The notes beneath the pieces are model-generated. The model was given only the letters and a program-made list of their open reading frames with translations, did no database searches and was not told the origin of the DNA. The position numbers and the translations under genes were made by a program. From Nitrospinaceae bacterium (GTDB lineage Bacteria; Nitrospinota; Nitrospinia; Nitrospinales; Nitrospinaceae), in NCBI GenBank assembly GCA_965223665.1, contig OZ245011.1, positions 2,720,001-2,784,000 on the forward strand: 64,000 bases of DNA, given 5' to 3'. Below, in pieces: positions 30,722 to 39,000 of this stretch; position 1 is the first letter of the stretch, and the number at the start of each line of letters is the position of its first letter.

Positions 30722-33217
30722 ATGAGGGAGTACGATTTTAAAACAATTGAAAATAAGTGGCAGGAAATTTGGCAAAAAGAAAAAACTTTCCAGGTCCAAG
30801 TGGATTCCAATAAGGAAAAATTCTATTTGCTGGAAATGTTTCCCTATCCCTCAGGTCGAATTCATATGGGTCACGTTCGGAATTATACTATTGGTGATTC
30901 TTTGGCTCGCTTTAAAATGATGAAAGGCTTTAATGTACTCCACCCAATTGGCTGGGACGCTTTTGGAATGCCAGCCGAAAATGCTGCTATTCAAAATAAA
31001 TCTCACCCCGCAACCTGGACTCAAGAAAATATCAAAACCATGCGATCCCAAATTCAGCGATTAGGATTCAGTTACGATTGGGACCGGGAAATTGCAACCT
31101 GTAACCCAGATTATTACAAGTGGAATCAATGGTGTTTCCTTAAATTTTTTGAACGCGGACTGGTCTACCGGAAAAATTCTCAAGTCAATTGGTGTGAAAG
31201 TTGTCAAACCGTATTAGCTAATGAACAGGTAATTGAGGGTCTGTGTTGGCGATGCGACAATGAAGTTCTCCAAAAAGAGCAAGAAGGATGGTTTTTCAAA
31301 ATTACTGAATATGCTGATCAACTATTGGATGGATGTAAAGAACTTCAGGGTGGGTGGCCCGATCAGGTTTTAACTATGCAATCTAATTGGATAGGCAAAA
31401 GTTATGGCGCGGAAGTAGACTTTAAAGTTCAAAATAAAGAAGAGACCATAAAGATTTTTACTACACGGCCGGATACTTTATTTGGTTCTACTTTTATGGT
31501 CCTCGCTCCGGAGCATCCTCTCACTCGGAAATTATCCCAAGGTACCCCACAAGAAGCGGCTGTTGATAAATTTATAAAGAAAGTCCAGGCAGAGGATAAA
31601 ATTTCCAGAACAAGTGAAACAGGTGATAAAGAAGGCGTTTTCACAGGAGTCTTTGCGATAAATCCCATGACTGAGGAGACAATTCCAGTTTGGACTGCTA
31701 ATTTTGTATTAATGGATTATGGAACAGGAGCAATCATGTCAGTGCCTGCACACGATCAGCGGGATTTTGATTTTGCAAAAAAATATGATTTACCCATTAA
31801 AATAGTAATTCAACCACCTGATGGAAATCAAAATAGCAATGCTCTTGAATCAGCTTTCACTGGAGAAGGTCCCATGGTAAATTCCTCATCCTTCAATGGG
31901 TTGACGGGTCAGGAAGCTAAAACCAAAGTGTGTGATTACTTAGAAACAAAAAAAATTGGGAAACCCACTATTCAATACCGATTACGGGATTGGGGTGTTT
32001 CCCGCCAACGCTATTGGGGAACGCCAGTTCCAATGATATTTTGTAGCCAGTGTGACATTGTTCCTGTTCCGTATGAACAATTACCTGTTGAGCTTCCGTT
32101 AGATGTCCAATTGGATGAAAAAGGCCAATCCCCATTAAAAAACCTGGAGTCTTTCATTCAAGTGAATTGCCCTAAATGTAAGGGACCTGCAAAAAGAGAA
32201 ACAGATACCTTGGATACATTTATTTGTTCTTCTTGGTATTTTGATCGATACACTACTCCTAAAAATTCTGAGCAACCATTTACCCAGGAAAATATTAAAT
32301 ATTGGATGCCAGTGGATCAATATATTGGGGGAATAGAACATGCAATCTTACACCTTTTATACTCCCGATTTTTTCATCATGTGTTTAATGATATGCAACT
32401 CGTTCATTCAAATGAGCCCTTTAAAAAGTTGTTAACCCAGGGAATGGTAATTAAAGACGGGGCAAAAATGTCCAAGTCGAAAGGAAATGTGGTAGACCCA
32501 GACCATATCATAAACCAATATGGTGCGGATACCGCCAGATTATTTATTTTGTTTGCCGCTCCTCCTATTAAAGATTTAGAGTGGAGCGACCAGGGAGTCG
32601 AAGGAAGTTCCAGATTTTTAAAACGTGTTTGGAGAATTTTTATAGACCATTTGGATTTCATAAAAGACGCTCCTTCTTCGGAAGAATTCAAAGAACCCAC
32701 TGAAAAGGAATTGAAAGAGCTTCTTAGAATGACTCATATAACGATAAAGCGAGTCACTGAGGATATTGAAAAACGAACTCAATTTAATACTGCAATTGCA
32801 GCAATTATGGAATTGGTAAACCACCTCTACACTTTTAGAGAATGGTGGGAAAACCAATCACATTCAATAGAGAGTAAAACTCTATTAAAACATTCTATAG
32901 AAACCTTAATATTATTGCTTTCTCCCTTTGCACCTCATATTGCCGAAGAAATGTGGTCAATGCTTGGAAACTCCAAAACTACCAACCAGATTGATTGGCC
33001 AAGTTTTAATGAAAAGTATTTAAGTGCCGAGGAAATGTTAATTGTCGTCCAAATTAATGGCAAGGTTCGACAAAAAATAGCTTTCCCTCAGAAAATCAGT
33101 GAATACGACTTAAAATTGGAAATCCTAAAAGATTCTCGGATTCAGGAATGGATGCAAAATAAACCTGCCAAAAAAATTATTGTAGTACCCAAAAAGTTAG
33201 TCAATATTGTAGTCTGA
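30722..33217 (+). CDS. leuS: Leucine--tRNA ligase
   Basis: MFPYPSGRIHMGH (HIGH-like), FTTRPDT editing domain and KMSKS. Confidence 0.99.
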   Translation: MREYDFKTIENKWQEIWQKEKTFQVQVDSNKEKFYLLEMFPYPSGRIHMGHVRNYTIGDSLARFKMMKGFNVLHPIGWDAFGMPAENAAIQNKSHPATWTQENIKTMRSQIQRLGFSYDWDREIATCNPDYYKWNQWCFLKFFERGLVYRKNSQVNWCESCQTVLANEQVIEGLCWRCDNEVLQKEQEGWFFKITEYADQLLDGCKELQGGWPDQVLTMQSNWIGKSYGAEVDFKVQNKEETIKIFTTRPDTLFGSTFMVLAPEHPLTRKLSQGTPQEAAVDKFIKKVQAEDKISRTSETGDKEGVFTGVFAINPMTEETIPVWTANFVLMDYGTGAIMSVPAHDQRDFDFAKKYDLPIKIVIQPPDGNQNSNALESAFTGEGPMVNSSSFNGLTGQEAKTKVCDYLETKKIGKPTIQYRLRDWGVSRQRYWGTPVPMIFCSQCDIVPVPYEQLPVELPLDVQLDEKGQSPLKNLESFIQVNCPKCKGPAKRETDTLDTFICSSWYFDRYTTPKNSEQPFTQENIKYWMPVDQYIGGIEHAILHLLYSRFFHHVFNDMQLVHSNEPFKKLLTQGMVIKDGAKMSKSKGNVVDPDHIINQYGADTARLFILFAAPPIKDLEWSDQGVEGSSRFLKRVWRIFIDHLDFIKDAPSSEEFKEPTEKELKELLRMTHITIKRVTEDIEKRTQFNTAIAAIMELVNHLYTFREWWENQSHSIESKTLLKHSIETLILLLSPFAPHIAEEMWSMLGNSKTTNQIDWPSFNEKYLSAEEMLIVVQINGKVRQKIAFPQKISEYDLKLEILKDSRIQEWMQNKPAKKIIVVPKKLVNIVV

Positions 33218-33231
33218 GGCAAACAATTTAT

Positions 33232-33750
33232 ATGATCTTAAGACTTAAACTCGTAATAATTCTATTTTTAATTTTTGGTTTAAACTCCTGTGGTTATCAA
33301 TTGGCTGGAACTGGAACCGCAAAGCTTCCCGCTTATATAAAAACCATAACCATACCCGTATTCGAAAACCGATCACAAGAACCTACAATACAAAGGAATC
33401 TCACCACTGAAATTCGTAAAGCCTTCATTACGGATGGAAGATTAAAAGTAGTAAATCACCGCAAAGCAAACCTATTGATGAAGGGAGTACTCACAAAATA
33501 TTATATTCGCGCCGTTGCTTTTGATACAAGGGACGTTGCAACAGAATATTGGGTTTACTTGACGGTAGATATCAAAGTCCTGGACCAGGTCAAAAACCGC
33601 CCGCACTTAAACCAAACCCTTAATGTTCGTTGGGACTATCGACCCGGAAATGATGTAATTAATGCTGAAGCAGCCCGACAAGCCGCCTTCGATGAAGCTT
33701 ATCGAGTTTTATCCATACGATTGGTTAGTCTAGTCAATGACAAATTTTAA
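33232..33750 (+). CDS. lptE: LPS assembly lipoprotein LptE family
   Basis: Lipobox LNSC-GYQL; conserved leuS-lptE-holA order. Confidence 0.85.
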   Translation: MILRLKLVIILFLIFGLNSCGYQLAGTGTAKLPAYIKTITIPVFENRSQEPTIQRNLTTEIRKAFITDGRLKVVNHRKANLLMKGVLTKYYIRAVAFDTRDVATEYWVYLTVDIKVLDQVKNRPHLNQTLNVRWDYRPGNDVINAEAARQAAFDEAYRVLSIRLVSLVNDKF

Positions 33751-33752
33751 CC

Positions 33753-34760
33753 ATGGCCACAAACGTAATTGACCTAATAAATAAGATAAAAAATCCGCTT
33801 CCTATATATTTCATATATGGAGAAGATCGGTTCTTGCAAACTGATTTTATTCAGTGTTTGAAACACTTACTAATTTCAGAAGAAAATCAAGATTTCAATT
33901 TTGAAACTTTTGAGGGAAAGTCTTCCTCAGTCTTGAATTGGATTGAAGCTGCGAAAATGATCTCCTTTCTGGGTGGAGACAAATTAGTGGTCGTACGTAA
34001 TATTGAAGATTCCGCTTGGAATGATTCAGGGATCAAAGATTTAATCAACTATACAAAACAACCTGTCAATGAAAGTTGCCTGGTTCTCACCGCAAATAAA
34101 GTTGATAGAAAACGAAAATTGTACAAGGAACTTTGCAAACTACCTGGTGCCGCGGAATCAAATTCTCCAAAAATTTCTTCTCTTCAAACCTGGCTACGTA
34201 ATCGATCCAAAGAACAAGGAGCAAACTTGACCCCATCCGGAATGGAAGCTTTATTAAATAGGGTAGGACCTAAACCAGGTTTATTGGCAAATGAGCTAGA
34301 AAAGGTGATTACCTTTGTAGGAAAATCCGCATCAATTGGTTCAAATGAGGTTGAAGCAGTTGTTGGAAAAATTAAAATGGAAAAGGTTTTCGCTTTAACC
34401 GATGCCATCAAAATGAATGAAGTGGGAAAAGCCTGGTTAATACTAAAAAATCAACTTAGCCATGGGGTGGAACCTCTGCAGCTATTAGGCACAATTGCAT
34501 GGCAATTTCGAATAATTTGGGAAGTAAAAGCCTGCCAGGACAATCAAATTCCAAAAAATCAAATCGCCCAAAACATTGGCGCCAATCCCTTTGTTGTGGA
34601 CCAGGCATTTTCCTATACAAGAAATTTTAGTGAGGAACGGCTCAGGAATTGTTTTAAAGAGTTGCTGAACACAGACAAGAAATTAAAAACCTCCAACCTA
34701 TCAGCAGAAGGCATATTAGAAGGCTTGATTTTAAAGTTGTGCTTAGCTGGAAGCGGATAG
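33753..34760 (+). CDS. holA: DNA polymerase III delta subunit
   Basis: IYFIYGED, LANELEK, VFALTDAI and DKKLKTS; gene context. Confidence 0.92.
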   Translation: MATNVIDLINKIKNPLPIYFIYGEDRFLQTDFIQCLKHLLISEENQDFNFETFEGKSSSVLNWIEAAKMISFLGGDKLVVVRNIEDSAWNDSGIKDLINYTKQPVNESCLVLTANKVDRKRKLYKELCKLPGAAESNSPKISSLQTWLRNRSKEQGANLTPSGMEALLNRVGPKPGLLANELEKVITFVGKSASIGSNEVEAVVGKIKMEKVFALTDAIKMNEVGKAWLILKNQLSHGVEPLQLLGTIAWQFRIIWEVKACQDNQIPKNQIAQNIGANPFVVDQAFSYTRNFSEERLRNCFKELLNTDKKLKTSNLSAEGILEGLILKLCLAGSG

Positions 34761-35015
34761 TAGATGGACTTGGCGAGCTAATCCTGCAATTTTTCGAGAA
34801 GCTGACCGTTTGTGAATTACACCTTTACTTGCCACTTTACTAATTATGGTTGTGGCTTCTGCTAAAAACTTTTCAGAATTTTCTTTATTTTTTTCAGCAA
34901 CCGCGGTTAACACATTTTTAGTCGCATTTTTCATTCGTGTTCGATAGCCAGCGTTTCTATCTTTCCTTTTTTTATTCTGACGAATTCTTTTTAACGCTGA
35001 TTTATGATTTGCCAA
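34743..35015 (-). CDS. rpsT: 30S ribosomal protein S20 (TTG start)
   Basis: ANHKSALKRIRQ and KGVIHKRSASRK; GGAGG before TTG at 35015; 3' ends overlap holA by 18 nt. Confidence 0.96.
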   Translation of the reverse strand: MANHKSALKRIRQNKKRKDRNAGYRTRMKNATKNVLTAVAEKNKENSEKFLAEATTIISKVASKGVIHKRSASRKIAGLARQVHLLSASS

Positions 35016-35119
35016 AAAATCCTCCAAATTCAATAAATTTATTAGTCAATGGATTTTGATTGAATAGGTAGTTTTACAAGAACTTATCTAAAGGTGCAAG
35101 GAAATTTTTTCACCTTATT

Positions 35120-35503
35120 CTAGGAAGCTTTTTTCAATAAGGTCTCTATTTTTTCTAGGAGCCGAGGAAAATCAATAGGCTTTGTATCATAATCATCACA
35201 ACCTGCATTGAGGGCTTCTTCTTTTTCCTGGATCATAGCATGTGCGGAAAGCCCCAATATAGGAATAGTCTTAGCTTTTAAGGAAGACTTAATTTTCCGT
35301 GTAGCTTCCCAACCATCCAAAATTGGCAAACTCATATCCATAATTACTAAATCTGGTTGATCTGAAAGGGTTTTCTCGACACCTTCTGCCCCATCCACTG
35401 CAATTATTACCTCAAACCCTTTTTTCTTTAATCTCCTGGATAACATGTCTCGGTTGAGATCATTATCTTCAACTAACAACAATCGATAGACCATTAGATT
35501 CAC
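35120..35503 (-). CDS. Single-domain response regulator (DivK/CheY-like receiver)
   Basis: LLVEDN, VIMDMSLP (phospho-acceptor Asp), LSAHA and TKP; no output domain. Confidence 0.92.
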   Translation of the reverse strand: MNLMVYRLLLVEDNDLNRDMLSRRLKKKGFEVIIAVDGAEGVEKTLSDQPDLVIMDMSLPILDGWEATRKIKSSLKAKTIPILGLSAHAMIQEKEEALNAGCDDYDTKPIDFPRLLEKIETLLKKAS

Positions 35504-36038
35504 ACTAAATTTTCTTCATTTTATTGCTTCCCCTAAGGGAAAATTTTTGAGAGGAGCGCACGCCTGTTAAAAATAGATTAACTATTTAAATTCTTATTTT
35601 CAACTATTGGAAAACCAAAAATTTCATTGCAAAATTTTGAAAAATAAGGAAATATACATATCATCAGCGTATAAATTTTCATCCAACGCTTCCATTATTG
35701 ACAAAATTTTTGACGCTTTTTTGACGTAACTAGGGAAAAATTAATCATTTTTCGGATATGTGAAATTAAAAAATTAAAAATAACCAATTATTCTTTTAAG
35801 GGTAGTAAATATTTTTTCCCTATCTTTCAAGAGATAAAAAGTTACTTTTTTTTCGACTTTCTTAACTTAGTGTTACAGATTAGAAAATAATCGTAATTTC
35901 GAATAAATTTAGACTTATTTCTTTTGAAAAAATTTTTGAAAATGGTATCGTATGTAAAAAAAGAAATTCGTTTGGGGTATTTTTTGGTTATTTAAATGAC
36001 CTTTACGAGGTATATATAAATTGTTTGGAGGATAAATA

Positions 36039-39000
36039 ATGACCTTTTTGAAATTAACAAAAAATCGACATTGGACATTAATAATGTCCCTATGTTTTTT
36101 GATTTTTGGAAAAACTGCGTCAGCAGATTTAAATGACTGGGGTCCCTTCCTTCAAACTCTTACTCCAAACAGCGTTATTGTAAAATGGCGTGTTCCCGCT
36201 TCCGAGGATTTCAATAACAGTATTCATTTTGGAACCTCTCCGGGAAGTTTAACCACTATAGAAACCGACACAACAGCAGTGACCAAGTCATGCGGTTATT
36301 GTCCTGAAAGTTGGAGGGAATATGAAGTGACGCTCACCAGCTTGACTGCCGATACCCGTTATTATTATGCAGTTGGAACATCAACCACTCCTTCCACAGA
36401 ATCAAAGCATAATGGAACTTTTTTAACTCCACCAAATGCTGGAACGGCAAAGCCGACTCGAATCTGGGTTGTTGGAGATTCTGGTACCGGAGACACTCGT
36501 GCGCTAGTGGTGGGTGAACGATTTAAGAATTATACAAAAGACCGTGATCCGGATATCTGGTTGATGCTGGGAGACAATGCCTATGATGATGGTAATGACC
36601 GTAATCACCATGATGGTGTGTTTTTAATGTATCCGGAATTCTTAAGGAATGTATCGGTGTGGCCAACGTTTGGAAATCATGATGCACGAAGTGCAACGTC
36701 TGGAAATGAAACCGGGACCTATTTTGACATCTGGCAACTCCCTCGAGCGGCAGAAGCCGGTGGAGTGGCCTCGGGAACTGAGGCGTATTATTCGTTTGAT
36801 TACGGCAATATTCACTTTATTGTCTTGGATTCGTTTGGTCATCCTCGAGTAGCGCCTTCCTCAATGATCACCTGGTTGCAAAGTGATTTAGCGGCCAATG
36901 ATAAGGAATGGATCATTGCGTATTGGCACCATCCTCCTTATACCCGTGGTTCTCATAACTCTAATGCAGAGCAGATTTTAATCGAAATGCGTGAGAACAT
37001 TGTTCCTATTCTGGAAAGCAATGGAGTGGATTTAGTGTTGTCGGGTCACAGTCATTCTTATGAGCGGTCTTATTTTCTGAATGGACATTATGGAGATCAG
37101 ACGACTTTTAATCTGGGCACTCATGCCTTAGACAGTGGGAATGGTAAATCCGAACCGCTGCATATGTCAGATGGAGCATATTCTAAAACATTAAATCCAA
37201 ATGGGACCAAGGCAGGAAATGACGGCGCTGTTTATGCCGTGGCCGGAAGTTCAGGCAAAATTTCTGGAGGATTACTGAATCATCCAGCTATGTACCTTTC
37301 ATTAAACAAATTAGGTTCAATGGTATTGGATGTGTATGAGAATCGTCTGGAAGCGATCTTTATCGATTCCCTGGGTAAAATCGAAGACCAGTTTACGATT
37401 ACTCATGATTTGAATACCTTTCCTCCGGAGTTGTTTTCGGTGTATGCGCCGAATCCGTTGACATTAGAAGTACAGTTTTCGGAGCCTCTGGAAAAAGTGA
37501 GTGCCGAGAATGCAGGAAACTATGTATTAGATAATGGAGCCACCATTACGGCTGCAGAACTGTTGGATGATTATCGAACCGTGAGGTTACTGACTTCAGA
37601 ATTGAGTAACACAACGACGTACAACCTTACAGTGACCAACGTTCAGGATCATGAAAGTAATACAGCGATCCCGGCACCGGGAAGTCAGTTCAGTTTTACT
37701 CCGAGTTTTGTAGATCCACCTGTGTATTCAGCACACTTTCAGGATGGGACGTACCCTCACTCCGGATACAACGGAACCCGGGATACTTATATTTTTGAAG
37801 GGGCACCGGATACGAATTACGGAACCAAAGCAGAACTGATTGCACATGGACCTTTTGAAAATACGATAGAAGGTGACGCTCTGGTGTTGGTGTCCTGGGA
37901 TTTATCATCGATTCCATCGAATGCGACGATTCAATCGGCGACGGTTTATTTTGACCTGTATAATAGAAGTGAGACGTCTTATCATCTGCACCAGATTTTA
38001 ACAACCTGGACGGAAATCGGAGCGACCTGGAATTCATTAGGTGGAACCACAAATGTAAGCGGTACGATCATGGGAACCATCACACCCCAGAAGTTTGCAA
38101 TGAACACGATTCCATTGAATGCAGCTGGGATTAGTGTAGTTCAGGGTTGGGTGGACGGAACCATTACCAATAATGGATTGGCAGTGCAGAATGGTGGTCC
38201 AGGCGAACATACCAAATGGTGGAACGCAATTCGGTTTTTTTCCAGGCAAACGGACACACGTCCGCGGTTGTCTGTGACTTATACCTTGCCAACCGGTGCA
38301 GACAGTATTGCACCGTCAATCATTGCTCCACCGGATGTAGTGGTGGATTCTACCGGGGATCAAACTTCTGTGACTTTAGGGTCTGCGGTTGCGGTGGATG
38401 ATAATGGATCTCCAACAGTCACTAATGATGCGCCAGCAGGTGGGTTTCCTTTGGGAATGACTATAGTAACCTGGACGGCGACAGACGCTGCTGGTAATAC
38501 CGGAACGGACACACAAAAAGTAACTGTCAAAGTTCCGGAAAGCCTTTTGACACACACGATAAGTTTTCAAAACGGTGTAGAACCAAGTGCCTTTTATTTT
38601 GGAACTGAGGATTCTTCCTTAAGGGAATCATCCCCTCATAAAAATGAAGGGAATGACACCGAGCTATGGGGTGACGGAAACGCCCCTGACCCTGAAACCG
38701 GTCAATATGGTGAAGTAACATTTGTAACCAAATGGGATGTATCGGCTATTCCTTCAGACGCGGTTGTTACAGCAGTTGATGTTTCATATAACGTGTTTAA
38801 TGACTCTCCGGTGAATCATAACATATATGCGGTTGAAGCAGATTGGACGGAACCGGAAGTTACCTGGGAAATTATCAGCCATTCTACTACTGTGGGAAAT
38901 ACCATTTTAGGAGCCATTCCCCCCTTTACTTTTAATGAAAACATTGTCACTTTAAATCAAGCCGGGATAGATCTTGTGCAGGGCTGGATAAATGGCACCA

